IMG/VR virus record: IMGVR_UViG_3300044648_000098
Coordinates: 564-64,563 of that record
Strand: one strand, 5' to 3'
Length of the DNA stretch: 64,000 nucleotides
Source: a virus
Taxonomy: Duplodnaviria > Caudoviricetes
Shown here: positions 1-9,421 of the stretch, piece after piece
Numbering within the stretch: the first letter of the stretch is position 1
Layout: every line of letters begins with the position of its first letter
Program-made: the position numbers and the translations under genes
The notes under the pieces: model-generated
The model's database searches: none
What the model was told of the DNA's origin: nothing
Seen by the model: only the letters and a program-made list of their open reading frames with translations

Positions 1-327
1 CTCGATCGCGTCCACCTCATGGCCGGCAATGCCCACGACGAGGGTGTAGAACTCGCTCTTCGCGCCATGGGTGGCTTTGAACAGCACACCGTCCACGTTG
101 CGGGCTCGGCCATAGATGCGCGAGCGAGGTCCGTCAGCCGTGATGGTCATCACGAGGCGGTCCTCGAGCGTCGCGTTGTAGGCGTCGCGCGCTTTGCGGG
201 CGGCCTTCCGCCCTTGGTAGGACGAGACGACAGCCGCCGCCGCCATCGCCACGATGGCAACGATGACGGCATTGGCGCCGATGTAGGCTCCGATGGCCTG
301 GACAATGAGGGGGATTGCTTGGGGCAC
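1..327 (-). CDS. Tail tip / host-specificity protein, N-terminal part (truncated by window start)
   Basis: Not in ORF track. GTG at 327 opens MPQAIPLIVQAIGAYIG...PRSRIYGRARNVDG...GIAGHEVDAIE, open to base 1; typical J-like N-terminus directly after the NlpC/P60-like gene. Confidence 0.85.
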   Translation of the reverse strand, partial: MPQAIPLIVQAIGAYIGANAVIVAIVAMAAAAVVSSYQGRKAARKARDAYNATLEDRLVMTITADGPRSRIYGRARNVDGVLFKATHGAKSEFYTLVVGIAGHEVDAIE

Positions 328-336
328 GATTCGCCT

Positions 337-747
337 TTACTTTTCGACTCGCCAGACGCGGAGAGCGCACTCGGGTGGGAAAGGGGTCAGACCGGCCTCG
401 GCCGGCGCGTGCCAAGCAGCGCCGGTCCACACCGCGAAGCACTCGACTCCGGCGCTGCGCACGATCCCTACGTCGCCCGGCTGGGCCATGAGCGGCGGCA
501 CTTCAGGGCCGAGGTGCTCGATGGCGAGCGCCTCCATGCCCCCTGCCCGCTTGAGCACCCGAGCCGCACCGATGGGGGTGCCGTAGGTGCCGCGCATGCC
601 TGCGGCCGGATCCACGCCGGTGCATGCCTCGACGCAGTCAGCGGCGAACAGCACGCAGTCATGGGAGCCCCAGGTGAACGGGCGGTCCATGCGCTCCGCC
701 AGGCAGGCAGCCAAGCGGCTCTGCCAATCACGAACTCGGAGGGCCAT
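337..747 (-). CDS. Tail assembly protein, NlpC/P60-like (DUF6950-like)
   Basis: FTWGSHDCVLFAADCVEA motif, AQPGDVG motif, tail-tip position. Confidence 0.8.
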   Translation of the reverse strand: MALRVRDWQSRLAACLAERMDRPFTWGSHDCVLFAADCVEACTGVDPAAGMRGTYGTPIGAARVLKRAGGMEALAIEHLGPEVPPLMAQPGDVGIVRSAGVECFAVWTGAAWHAPAEAGLTPFPPECALRVWRVEK

Positions 748-749
748 AA

Positions 750-1334
750 CTACTGTCGGAAGAACACTGCGGCCGGCCACACGTCCTGGTGGTTGGCCTG
801 GCTCACGACGAAACGCAGCGACGTGTCCCCGGGGAAGGCCCTTCGCTGGTCACCGTCGGTGTAGCGAAATGGCTTGGGTCGGCTGAACGTCGAACCGCGA
901 TGCTCGGCCGTCACTGAGACGGTGCAGGTCGACCCGCCGGAGTCGTCGCTCTGGTGCGAGATCGGCATCTGGTCCAGCGTGCCGGTCCAGACGAGAGGCG
1001 CATCCAGCACGGCATGCGTCACGATGTCCAGCACGGCGAGCCGCAGCGAGCACGCCTTGTTGCGGATCGGCTCGGCCAGCGCAATGGCGAGCACCTCGGT
1101 AGGGATGCCGCTCAGCATGAAGCGCAGGCCGCCGCCGTTCGCGCCGGGGCCATCGGTCACGCGCTCCACGCCGCCCAGGATGCCGGTCCCGATGTACGAG
1201 TTGCCACCATAGGTGATGTCCACACCGGAAGACGCAAACCGCAGCGGCGCTGTGAGCTGCATCTCGAGCAGGAGCACAAGCGAGGCCGCCGGGTCATTCA
1301 AGGCCGCAAGCGCGGCCGGGGAAACGGTCCTCAT
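750..1334 (-). CDS. Minor tail / baseplate hub protein
   Basis: Start MRTVSPAA overlaps the upstream stop (ATGA); RYTDGDQRRAFPGD motif; synteny. Confidence 0.75.
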   Translation of the reverse strand: MRTVSPAALAALNDPAASLVLLLEMQLTAPLRFASSGVDITYGGNSYIGTGILGGVERVTDGPGANGGGLRFMLSGIPTEVLAIALAEPIRNKACSLRLAVLDIVTHAVLDAPLVWTGTLDQMPISHQSDDSGGSTCTVSVTAEHRGSTFSRPKPFRYTDGDQRRAFPGDTSLRFVVSQANHQDVWPAAVFFRQ

Positions 1335-1927
1335 GACCAGTCCTCCTCGAAGTCGAGCGGAATGCCTTCCATGTAGCCAGGCATGTGCGTAGAAGCGTTG
1401 ACCATCGAGCGGCAGACGAACGTGGTCTTCGGTCGATCCCAGACCACCGCCGTGCCGGCCGCGATGACGCCGCGGATGCGGTTCACTAGCGGCACGACCA
1501 GCACGCCCGAGCCGTTCGCGGTGCAGTCCTGCGCCACTTGCAAGAGGTGCCCGCCGCACCCGATGAAGTCCCCCATGTAGAGCGTGGCGCCCGCCGTGGT
1601 CAGCACGGACAGCGTCGCGTTGCCGCGCGCCGTCGTGGTCTGCACGGTCGGCGAGCCGCGCATGCTGCCGGTCGGGACAAGCCGCGTCGGATGACCGGCG
1701 CGCACCTTGTTGACCGCGCCGGCCATCAGGTTTGCGAAGGCGTCCATCTGGCCTGCCGCGTAGCTGATCTGCGGTGACAGCGTGCAGCTGAAGATCCACC
1801 GCTCGGCGACGTACTCGATGGCCTGCGTGCGGCCATTGAACGGGCTCTTGAACTGGGCTCCAGCTTTCTGAAGCCCCCACGAGGCAGCCACCGGCTTGAA
1901 GGAAGCCGGAAGATCGTACGTAGCCAT
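1331..1927 (-). CDS. Distal tail protein
   Basis: FKSPFNGRTQ motif; immediately after tape measure. Confidence 0.7.
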   Translation of the reverse strand: MATYDLPASFKPVAASWGLQKAGAQFKSPFNGRTQAIEYVAERWIFSCTLSPQISYAAGQMDAFANLMAGAVNKVRAGHPTRLVPTGSMRGSPTVQTTTARGNATLSVLTTAGATLYMGDFIGCGGHLLQVAQDCTANGSGVLVVPLVNRIRGVIAAGTAVVWDRPKTTFVCRSMVNASTHMPGYMEGIPLDFEEDWS

Positions 1928-1928
1928 G

Positions 1929-4514
1929 TCAGACCCCCACCTTGGCGAGCTTGCGGTCGGTGCGTGCCTCGGAGGCCTGCACTGCCATCTGGATAGCGGT
2001 CAGCACTTCGTTGCGAGACGGGCCCGCCGCGACGTTGATGTGGTTGACCGTAGAGGGGCCGGAGGCCATCGGCGAGACGCTGCCGCCCTGGCCGCCCGTC
2101 ATGAGGTACTGCTTGGATCCGACGTTCAGGAGCTCGGGGCCTCGCTCGTTCACCTGGTACATGGCGCCGGCTGAGACCGGGCCGCCGATTGCGCGACCAC
2201 CGGAGACGCCCATGTCAGCGAGCAGAGCGGCGTCGCCGCCGGCCGCTCCGCCGTCGCCGGTACTGGCGCCGTTTCCGATCATCCTGAGAATCCCCGAGAT
2301 GGCGGCCCGCGCCTGGATGCGGATCAGGTCGGCAATGATCGAATTCGCCAGGTCCTTGAAGTTCATCTTCCCGGTCATCGCGAAGCTGACCAGCGCGTCC
2401 TCCATGGTCTTGAAACCCTTGGTGAACACGCCCTCCATCTGCTCCGCGACGTTTGAGCTCTGGTCCAGGTAGTTCTGGATCGCCGTTGCAGCGCCGTTCG
2501 ACCAGTCGGCCTCCTCCTGCGAGATGGCCTCGTAGTGTTCGGTCCACAGAGCAAGCTCCTTCGCCTGCGTGGTGGTGATGAGCGCCAGCCGCTCGCGCAG
2601 CTGCGCCTCGGTGATCTCATTGCGGCGACGCTCTCCCTGCGCCTCGTCGCGCTGACCTTGGTAGCGGTCCTCGATCTCGCTGCGCTGGCGGGCCAGTGCC
2701 TTGTCCCGGTCGCCCCGGCCGAACACCTCGCGTTCGCGCTGGAACTGCTTGGCGACCGTGTCGATGTAGGCCTGCGCGGCGATGCGCGCCTCGACGTAGC
2801 CCAGGGCCGTGCGCTTTGCTGCCGCCTCCTGCTCGATCGACATCACCTTCGCAGACGTTGCTGCCTGCTTCTGGAGGATGTCGATGCGTGCCAGGTTGTC
2901 GGCGACCTTGTCATCGTCGTCGGCACCCTTCTGGCCGCGCCGTGCTCGCGCCGCGATCGTCTCGTTCTCGGCCTGAAGCGCCTTCACCTGCGCTGCCGTG
3001 TTGAGCTCCAGGAAGATCAGCTTCTCGGCGTAGTAGGCGCGCTCGTTGATGAGCCCCGCGCTGCGCGTCGCCTCCAGCACCCGCTCTGCGTCGGCGTAGC
3101 TGTTCGTGAGCATGTCCAGCTGCCGCTGGATCGGGCCAAGGTCGTTCTTGGCCGGGTCGACGATCGACGCCTTGTCGGCCTTCGTCTTCTTCAGGAACTT
3201 CTCGCGCAGGCGCTCCTCGTCGGCGGCCGTGAAGAGATCGCCCTGGAGTTCCTTCTGCTTCTTGAGTTCGGCGGTGAACTTCTCCTCCGCCGTGGCGTAG
3301 TCCTTGAGGAACTCCTTGCGGGCGGCGAGAGCTTGCTGCTCGCGTGCGAGCGCTGCCGACACCGATGCGACGGTGCGCCCGCTGATGTCGCGCTGCCGGC
3401 CGCCGGACGGCGTCGCGCCTTCCTTCGCTGACACGTCGATGCCGCGAATGCGCTTGATCTCGGCCTCGTACTTCCGGGCCGCGTCGGTGAGTTCCTGGAA
3501 CTCCCGCAACGTGTTCTTGGCGAAGATGCTGTCCGGCTGCGATGCGAGAACGGTCTGAGCGCGCTTCACCGCGCCGGCCATGCGGTCGAGCTCTTCGCGC
3601 GTGGCTTGGAGGCGAGCCGTGGCCCATCCCTCGCCCAGCGAGTCGAAGTAGCCCTGCAACAGGCCGCCGCTCTTCTGCACCCGGCTGTTGACGCCGTCGA
3701 GCCCGACCGACAACTGGCTGGCCCAGCCGGCCATCGCCGACGAGGTGCCGGTGAGCTTGTCCAGCGTGCCGATCAGCTGGATGATGGAGTTGCTGACCCG
3801 CGTAACCGACCCGCCGACCGTTGCCGGCATCTTCTCGAACTCGGCCGTCAGCGATGCGCCGGAAGCTTGAAGCGCCCGAAAGAGCTTCTCCGCCGTGATC
3901 TCGCCGGCAGTGCCGAGTTCGCGCAGTTTCCCCACCGGCACGCCCATGCCGTCGGCGATGGCTTGCGCCAGGCGCGGCGCCTGTCCAAGGATGGAGATCA
4001 GCTCGTCGCCGCGCAGGGCTCCCTCGCCGAACGCCTGTCCGAGCTGCATGAGTGCGGCTTGCGCGCTTGTCGCGCTCGTGCCGCTGATGACCAGCGCCTT
4101 GTTGATCGACTCGGTGACGCCGATGAGGTCGCGCTGGGAAACGCCAAGTGTCTCCGTCGAGCGAGCGAGTGCCGTGTAGAGGCCGGTCGTCTGCTCAAGG
4201 TCTGCCCGGGTGTTCTGTGAAACATCGAACAGCGCGCGCTGCACTTCTGCTAGCTGGCGCGAGCCTTTCGTCACAAGCGACAGCCGCGACGTCATGTTCG
4301 TGTAGGCGTCGGCCGTCTGGATCGCTTGCTTGGCAAGCGCCGCCACGGCGCCCACGCTGACGACAGCGCCCAAGCCCTTCACCGCGGAGGAAAGGTTGAC
4401 GGCAGAGACTTGCGCCTCCCTCCCCTTCACCGCGAACCCGTCCAGGTCCTTGCCCGCGCGCTTCACGGCGCTGCTGTCCACGCCGAGTACCAGCGTGGTC
4501 ACATCTTGGGTCAT
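1929..4514 (-). CDS. Tail tape measure protein
   Basis: Ala-rich helical ~860 aa; tape-measure N domain (ADAYTNMTSRL, QLGQAFGEGALRGDEL); lambda-like C-terminus and GGRAIGGPV/VNERGPE motifs; start MTQDV at 4514. Confidence 0.95.
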   Translation of the reverse strand: MTQDVTTLVLGVDSSAVKRAGKDLDGFAVKGREAQVSAVNLSSAVKGLGAVVSVGAVAALAKQAIQTADAYTNMTSRLSLVTKGSRQLAEVQRALFDVSQNTRADLEQTTGLYTALARSTETLGVSQRDLIGVTESINKALVISGTSATSAQAALMQLGQAFGEGALRGDELISILGQAPRLAQAIADGMGVPVGKLRELGTAGEITAEKLFRALQASGASLTAEFEKMPATVGGSVTRVSNSIIQLIGTLDKLTGTSSAMAGWASQLSVGLDGVNSRVQKSGGLLQGYFDSLGEGWATARLQATREELDRMAGAVKRAQTVLASQPDSIFAKNTLREFQELTDAARKYEAEIKRIRGIDVSAKEGATPSGGRQRDISGRTVASVSAALAREQQALAARKEFLKDYATAEEKFTAELKKQKELQGDLFTAADEERLREKFLKKTKADKASIVDPAKNDLGPIQRQLDMLTNSYADAERVLEATRSAGLINERAYYAEKLIFLELNTAAQVKALQAENETIAARARRGQKGADDDDKVADNLARIDILQKQAATSAKVMSIEQEAAAKRTALGYVEARIAAQAYIDTVAKQFQREREVFGRGDRDKALARQRSEIEDRYQGQRDEAQGERRRNEITEAQLRERLALITTTQAKELALWTEHYEAISQEEADWSNGAATAIQNYLDQSSNVAEQMEGVFTKGFKTMEDALVSFAMTGKMNFKDLANSIIADLIRIQARAAISGILRMIGNGASTGDGGAAGGDAALLADMGVSGGRAIGGPVSAGAMYQVNERGPELLNVGSKQYLMTGGQGGSVSPMASGPSTVNHINVAAGPSRNEVLTAIQMAVQASEARTDRKLAKVGV

Positions 4515-4837
4515 GTGGGTTTCCTCATCAGGGAGAGCGCTTCGCCCTCCATCACCCGAATGCAGGTGAGCACCTCGGCCCACTCGCTGCGGGCAATGCC
4601 CAACATGCGGAGAACCTCGGTCAGGGCCGTGTAGTCGAGCCCGTAGGGGCCCGCCGGGCCGACGCGCCACTGCGTCTGCATGGCTGCAAACACCGCCGTG
4701 GGCGTCACGTTGTCAGCCCACGGAACGATCGGGGGGCCGCTCGCCTCCTCCATCGTCAGACCCCAGAAGTCGCACTCCTCTTGCGTGGGTGCTTTCCTGG
4801 GGTCGTAGAAGTGGCGAGCGACCTCGATCAGTTTTTT
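4511..4837 (-). CDS. Tail assembly chaperone GT, C-terminal frameshifted part (DUF1799-like)
   Basis: TQWRVGPAGPYGLDY motif; reached by -1 slip at A AAA AAC (4831-4837). Confidence 0.8.
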   Translation of the reverse strand, partial: KKLIEVARHFYDPRKAPTQEECDFWGLTMEEASGPPIVPWADNVTPTAVFAAMQTQWRVGPAGPYGLDYTALTEVLRMLGIARSEWAEVLTCIRVMEGEALSLMRKPT

Positions 4838-5148
4838 CGCTTGGCTTCCGCGTAGGCGTTGAGGTAGCCGTCCAGCACCGACCTGGCCGCGAGCGGGTAG
4901 TTCTCGCAAAGCAGGACAACCGCCTCGCGCGAGAACTCCTGGTCGGGGCCGGACCACCCGACGAGGAGGTCCATCAGCAGGTCCTCGTCGGGCTTTTCGC
5001 CCTTGGCGAGTTCCTCGACGTAGGCCGCCAGTTCGGAGCGCGTGCGGTGCCGGAATTCGCAGACCACCGGCGCCGGCTCGCCTCCCGTGACCGGGATCAG
5101 CACGGTGTGCTTGAACGTCGGTCCCGGGGTGAGGGTCAGCGCGGCCAT
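4828..5148 (-). CDS. Tail assembly chaperone G
   Basis: PTFK..V.IP motif, ends AKRKN-stop over the slippery site; lies between tail tube and tape measure. Confidence 0.85.
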   Translation of the reverse strand: MAALTLTPGPTFKHTVLIPVTGGEPAPVVCEFRHRTRSELAAYVEELAKGEKPDEDLLMDLLVGWSGPDQEFSREAVVLLCENYPLAARSVLDGYLNAYAEAKRKN

Positions 5149-5798
5149 CAGGAGGCGTACCGCACAGGTTCGGCCAGCAGCGACAGGGTCAGCTCACAGG
5201 CCATGATCTCGTTCACCGTCAGCGTCGGCGTCTTGTTGAGCGAGATGTAGGCGTTGTAAAGCAGGATCGAGCCGCTCGGCAGCGTGATCCGCACGGCGCG
5301 CGGCAGGCGGTCATCGTTGGCCGTGGAGGCCAGGATGTAGCCGGGCAGCGTCGGATCGTCCGCGATGCTGAAGGTCAGGCCGGAGGGGCTCTTGCTGGTC
5401 GGGATCCGCTTCTGCGCGTCGGCCTCCAGGAACTGGTAGTCGACGAACTGCTGCTCGCCACCCGAGGACGAGGAAGACAGGATCTGCGACAGCTGGGTCC
5501 AGCCGGTGATGGCGCGGACCGTGCCGACGCCGCCACCCGACGGGTAGATGGTTGTCAGCGTGGTGTCGATGCCTTCGAGCGGGACCGAGTTGGTCGCCAC
5601 GGTGCCGGCGCGCACGACCTTGTTGGTGAGGCGCGACCAGCCGGAGGTCACTTCGATGAAGGAGCCAGAGGTCACGCCGTGCGAGGCCTCCAGGGTGGCG
5701 ACGCCGGGGTTGGCGTTGGTGATGGCGGACATGGCCTTCGCAGTGGCATAGCCGGAAGCGATGGCGACGAGGGAGCCGTTGGGGACGGAAACGCTCAT
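5148..5798 (-). CDS. Major tail (tube) protein
   Basis: SSSGGEQQF..YQFLE, ADDPTLP motifs of Phage_tail_3-like tube proteins. Confidence 0.9.
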   Translation of the reverse strand: MSVSVPNGSLVAIASGYATAKAMSAITNANPGVATLEASHGVTSGSFIEVTSGWSRLTNKVVRAGTVATNSVPLEGIDTTLTTIYPSGGGVGTVRAITGWTQLSQILSSSSSGGEQQFVDYQFLEADAQKRIPTSKSPSGLTFSIADDPTLPGYILASTANDDRLPRAVRITLPSGSILLYNAYISLNKTPTLTVNEIMACELTLSLLAEPVRYAS

Positions 5799-5827
5799 TG
5801 GGAGGGCCTTTCGGGGTTTCGGAAACG

Positions 5828-5850
5828 AAAAAGCCGCCCGGAGGCGGCTT
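5828..5850 (-). terminator. Intrinsic terminator-like hairpin
   Basis: AAGCCGCC-tccg-GGCGGCTT then TTTCGTTTC on the minus strand. Confidence 0.65.
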
Positions 5851-5882
5851 GGTGGAGATGCCCCGGAGGGCGAGAGGTGGGA

Positions 5883-6299
5883 TCAGGTGAGGACGGTGTC
5901 GCACCGGTAGGTGCAGCTCACGGGGACGTAGTAGCTGTCCGCCTCGTTGCGGCCGGTGCCGGCGCTGAAGGGGGACGTGAGCACGACACGCGCGCCGCCT
6001 TGCACCAGGTGCGCGGTGAGCGGGAAGGCAGCGTCCAGGGAAGCGGCGATCGCCTCGGCCTTGGCCGCGCCGGTGTTCGGCGGCAGCACCAGGGACACCT
6101 GGCACACGCCGGTGCGGCCACGGTGGCGGCCGTCCATGAACTGGTTTTCGGTGTCGGCCTTGAGGATCGTCACGCGGGCGTAGGGGATGGCCTGGGCTGT
6201 GGTGATGTTCTCGAAGACCAGCGGGAGGGGTGGCGACTGGATGGCCGCCCATGCGTTGAGCCGCGTCTCGAAGGCGGCCCGGATCAGTGCGTCGCTCAT
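5883..6299 (-). CDS. Tail terminator protein (DUF4128-like)
   Basis: IRAAFETRL..W, FEN, G..QVSL motifs; synteny. Confidence 0.8.
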   Translation of the reverse strand: MSDALIRAAFETRLNAWAAIQSPPLPLVFENITTAQAIPYARVTILKADTENQFMDGRHRGRTGVCQVSLVLPPNTGAAKAEAIAASLDAAFPLTAHLVQGGARVVLTSPFSAGTGRNEADSYYVPVSCTYRCDTVLT

Positions 6300-6682
6300 G
6301 CTGTTGCCTTTCTCACGGCGCTGGCGAGTTCGGAGGCGGCCAGCTTGACCATCCCGTACGGCGCCTGTTTGCTCCAGCCGTTCTCGAGCTTGCCCGCATA
6401 AGCGAGCCCGTTCGATAGGTACACGATGCCGCCGACAGGCTGCTGCATGGCTTGGTTGGCCTGCTGCATGCCGCGTGTCTGCGACGCAAGCTGCGTCACC
6501 GTGATGTCGGGCGAGCCGTAGGAGATATTCCAGTTGGAACGGAAGCGTCCGGTGTCCACGGGCGAGCGGCGAACCACACTCACGAACAGCTGGAGGGTTA
6601 CCGCACGCACGACCGTTTCGAGCTTGGCCGATGACTTGGCGGCCAGCCGGTCCAGCGGGATGGTCCAGCGGTTCTGGCTCAT
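6296..6682 (-). CDS. HK97 gp10-like tail completion protein
   Basis: SPVDTGRFRSNW and LENGWSKQAPYGMV motifs. Confidence 0.85.
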   Translation of the reverse strand: MSQNRWTIPLDRLAAKSSAKLETVVRAVTLQLFVSVVRRSPVDTGRFRSNWNISYGSPDITVTQLASQTRGMQQANQAMQQPVGGIVYLSNGLAYAGKLENGWSKQAPYGMVKLAASELASAVRKATA

Positions 6683-7032
6683 CCGCGCACCTGGAGCTCG
6701 GTCATCACGTTCGTTCCGGCTGGCGAGAGCTGCTTCGCTGCAACCACGCGGAGCGCCTTGCCCATCCAGGTGAACACGTCGTCGGGCTTCGGCACGGCGC
6801 CGGCGGCCATGTAGACCCGCTTGTCGCCAGCCTGGATCCGCGTGCCGTCGATCACCTCGTCGTCGTAGTCGATGACCACGCAGGTGACGGGCACGGTGAC
6901 CTCGGACACTGGGGCCGTGCCGGTGGTGGGGTCGTAGGCGCCGGTCGTCACCATGGTGAGCCGCCCTTCCCCGCCCATCTCACGGAACACCTCGGCGACT
7001 TCGGTTGCGAGTTCTGCGTAGTCGAAGCTCAT
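6679..7032 (-). CDS. Head closure / stopper protein
   Basis: GAYDPTTG and IDGTRIQAGD motifs. Confidence 0.75.
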   Translation of the reverse strand: MSFDYAELATEVAEVFREMGGEGRLTMVTTGAYDPTTGTAPVSEVTVPVTCVVIDYDDEVIDGTRIQAGDKRVYMAAGAVPKPDDVFTWMGKALRVVAAKQLSPAGTNVMTELQVRG

Positions 7033-7172
7033 TGCGGGTCGTCCTCTTCGTCGAAGGTCATGGCATCGGGGTGCGGCACGTCGTCATGGACGACAAGCTG
7101 CGAGCCGTCATCAAGCTGCTGGGCCGGCAGCCACCGGCCGCACACGACACAGTGGTAGCCGAGCCCGCTCAC
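7029..7172 (-). CDS. 47-aa putative zinc-binding microprotein
   Basis: Not in ORF track. GTG start and TGA stop overlap both neighbours; MSGLGYHCVVCGRWLP...VVHDDVPHP. Confidence 0.65.
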   Translation of the reverse strand: MSGLGYHCVVCGRWLPAQQLDDGSQLVVHDDVPHPDAMTFDEEDDPQ

Positions 7173-7675
7173 GACCGGACCACCATGGCCGAGTTGCCCG
7201 AGCCGCCCGCCTTCAGGAAGGGCCCGAGCAGGCTGTCCACCGCAGGGAACCGCCGGCCGGGCCGGCTACCCTCCGCGTACTTGATTTCGATCGGCCCCAC
7301 CTTCACGCCGACCTTCTGCGGCCCGGCGTCCGGGTTGAGTTCGCCAGTGAGCACGCGCAGGGCGAGCTCAGCGCACGCTTCGGCCACCTCGAGCGGCACC
7401 GTGGTGCTCGGCAGGCTGTAGCCGTCCACGCACACGTCGTAGCGCGGCCAGTCCAGGCGCTGCGTCGAGGACACCCGCTGACCCTTCCAGGCCTGCCGGT
7501 AGACCCGGGTCATGTAGTCGGTCGCCTTGCGCAGCGCCCGCTCTTTGGCCTCCACGGTCGTGAGGTGCAGCCAGTCGACGTTGCCTCGCGCCGTGTGGTA
7601 CGTGAGCGCATCCTGCACGCTCATGTAGCTGTCTGCCGCCGGCAAGCCGGCCCCGGTTTCGACGATCAGTGCCAT
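7169..7675 (-). CDS. Head-tail adaptor (DnaT_2-like annotated family)
   Basis: MALIVETGAGLPAADSY and QRLDWPR motifs. Confidence 0.8.
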   Translation of the reverse strand: MALIVETGAGLPAADSYMSVQDALTYHTARGNVDWLHLTTVEAKERALRKATDYMTRVYRQAWKGQRVSSTQRLDWPRYDVCVDGYSLPSTTVPLEVAEACAELALRVLTGELNPDAGPQKVGVKVGPIEIKYAEGSRPGRRFPAVDSLLGPFLKAGGSGNSAMVVRS

Positions 7676-7684
7676 GGCGATCCT

Positions 7685-9421
7685 TTAGACAGGGAAGCAG
7701 TCGGACGGGAGCCCGACCATGAACTGGTTAAACGGGCCGGTGGCCGCCCGGAAGTCCGAGCCGAACATGATTCGGGTCAGGTCGCGGTTCGGCGCGGCAA
7801 GCGGGCTGCTGAAGTAGCCGCCGCCGCCACTTCCAGCGTCGGCGATCGACTGGTGGTGCGCGACGCGGTACACGCGCGGCGAGGTGGAGGTCAGTTCCAC
7901 GATCAGGATCGACCCGTCACGCCAGTAGGTGTTTCCGGTGCCAGACTCGTACGTGATGACCGCCCAGCCAGGGCGATTGAAGTTCGTGCAGCTGAAGTGC
8001 ATGCCGTTGGTCGAGCCGGCATAGGCATTCAGGTTCGGGGAGGTGAAGACGTGCGTCGTGCCATCGCTGAGGCGCTTCATGTAGGTCGGCCCGTCGCCGA
8101 CATCCATGAATGGCGAGTAGCTCGAACTGATGTAGACCTCATTGCCGGCCTTGTCGTAGCCGAGGTCCCCGTGCTGGTTGGAGTTGTCCAGCTGCGTGAA
8201 GGATCCGGTGAGCACGCCCCCGTGGTAGGCGCGCGTTCCGTCCGCCGTGCTCAGCGGCCTGGCCGCTGCCGCAGAGATCGTCAGGCCTGAGCTGTAGTTG
8301 TTCCACCCGACGATCGCGAACTGGCCGCTCTGGCTCATGCCAGTCCAGTTCGGCTTGTTCGTCGTCGCGACCGAGGAGGTGATCGTGTCCGCCACGCGGT
8401 CATACGTCATCAGCCCGACCATCGACCCGCCGGCCGTCGTCGCCAGGAAGCACCAGTAGCGGCCATCGTTGGACGGCCTGCCCTCGCCGCTCATGAGGAA
8501 CGCCGCCGCGGTGCTGATGTTGCTCGGCACGCGGCCGGCGAACGTGAACAGCGGCGAACTCTCGCCCGTCGTGATGTCCAGTTCGTAGTAGGTCAGGCCG
8601 CCGAAGTCGGCCGTGTACCAGAGCTTGTTCGCGTCGGTCGGGTGCCAGATCGGGTCGCAGTCGGACCCCCGAATTCCAGGCATGCGTCCGCTGGTGTGGC
8701 CCGGCACGTTGATGTGCTCGAACGTGTCGGCGTTGTAGAGGTGCCAGTGGCTGTTGGACGCCAAGGCGATGAACCGCGACTCGTCGGCGTTCCACATTTG
8801 GCGCTTCGAGTAGTCATTGCGCACATGACCCTGCGGACCGTCCGGGTCGGTGAAGTCGTTCACGTTGGTGGCGAGGTACACCTTCGTGCCGAACACCTGG
8901 TCGGTGTACTTGAAGTCCGAAAGCCCGGTGGACTTCACCGTCGGCTTGGCTTGAGTGGGCCGAGCGTAGAGGGTCGTCGAGTTGTCGAGCGTGAAGCCCT
9001 CGGCATAGAACGCATCGAAGTCGGTGCTGAACGCGCCCGCCGGTGCGACGTTGTTCGTCACGGCCTGGGCGCTCAGCGGCGCGGCCGAGTTGCCCGCGGC
9101 GTCCTTCACGCAGCCACTCGGTACGGTCACCGTGATCGTGTCGGTGCTGGCATAGGCGGCATTCACCACCACCTCGACGGTCGATCCGACCACGGTCTGG
9201 GTGGACACGGTGCGCGTCGCTCCGCCGACCGTGATGGAGCCGGTGAGCGTGGCCGACAGCGCCTCGCTGTAGGTCAGCACGATCTTGGTCGGCGCGGCGT
9301 TCGCCACTGCTGCCGACACGAAGGCCGGCTCCGTCACGTCGCCGGCGCCAGGCACCGGCACGCTGGGCCCGCGCCGGCCGCCGCTGCGGGCGCTGGCAGT
9401 GATGGAGATCATGCGGCTCAT
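7685..9421 (-). CDS. Virion accessory protein: Ig-like (SwmB-like) domain plus probable beta-propeller
   Basis: KIVLTYSEALS...VKDAAGN Ig-like segment; repeated blade-like motifs (WNADESR, WHPTDANKL, PSNDGRY, PNRDLTRIMFGSDF). Confidence 0.6.
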   Translation of the reverse strand: MSRMISITASARSGGRRGPSVPVPGAGDVTEPAFVSAAVANAAPTKIVLTYSEALSATLTGSITVGGATRTVSTQTVVGSTVEVVVNAAYASTDTITVTVPSGCVKDAAGNSAAPLSAQAVTNNVAPAGAFSTDFDAFYAEGFTLDNSTTLYARPTQAKPTVKSTGLSDFKYTDQVFGTKVYLATNVNDFTDPDGPQGHVRNDYSKRQMWNADESRFIALASNSHWHLYNADTFEHINVPGHTSGRMPGIRGSDCDPIWHPTDANKLWYTADFGGLTYYELDITTGESSPLFTFAGRVPSNISTAAAFLMSGEGRPSNDGRYWCFLATTAGGSMVGLMTYDRVADTITSSVATTNKPNWTGMSQSGQFAIVGWNNYSSGLTISAAAARPLSTADGTRAYHGGVLTGSFTQLDNSNQHGDLGYDKAGNEVYISSSYSPFMDVGDGPTYMKRLSDGTTHVFTSPNLNAYAGSTNGMHFSCTNFNRPGWAVITYESGTGNTYWRDGSILIVELTSTSPRVYRVAHHQSIADAGSGGGGYFSSPLAAPNRDLTRIMFGSDFRAATGPFNQFMVGLPSDCFPV

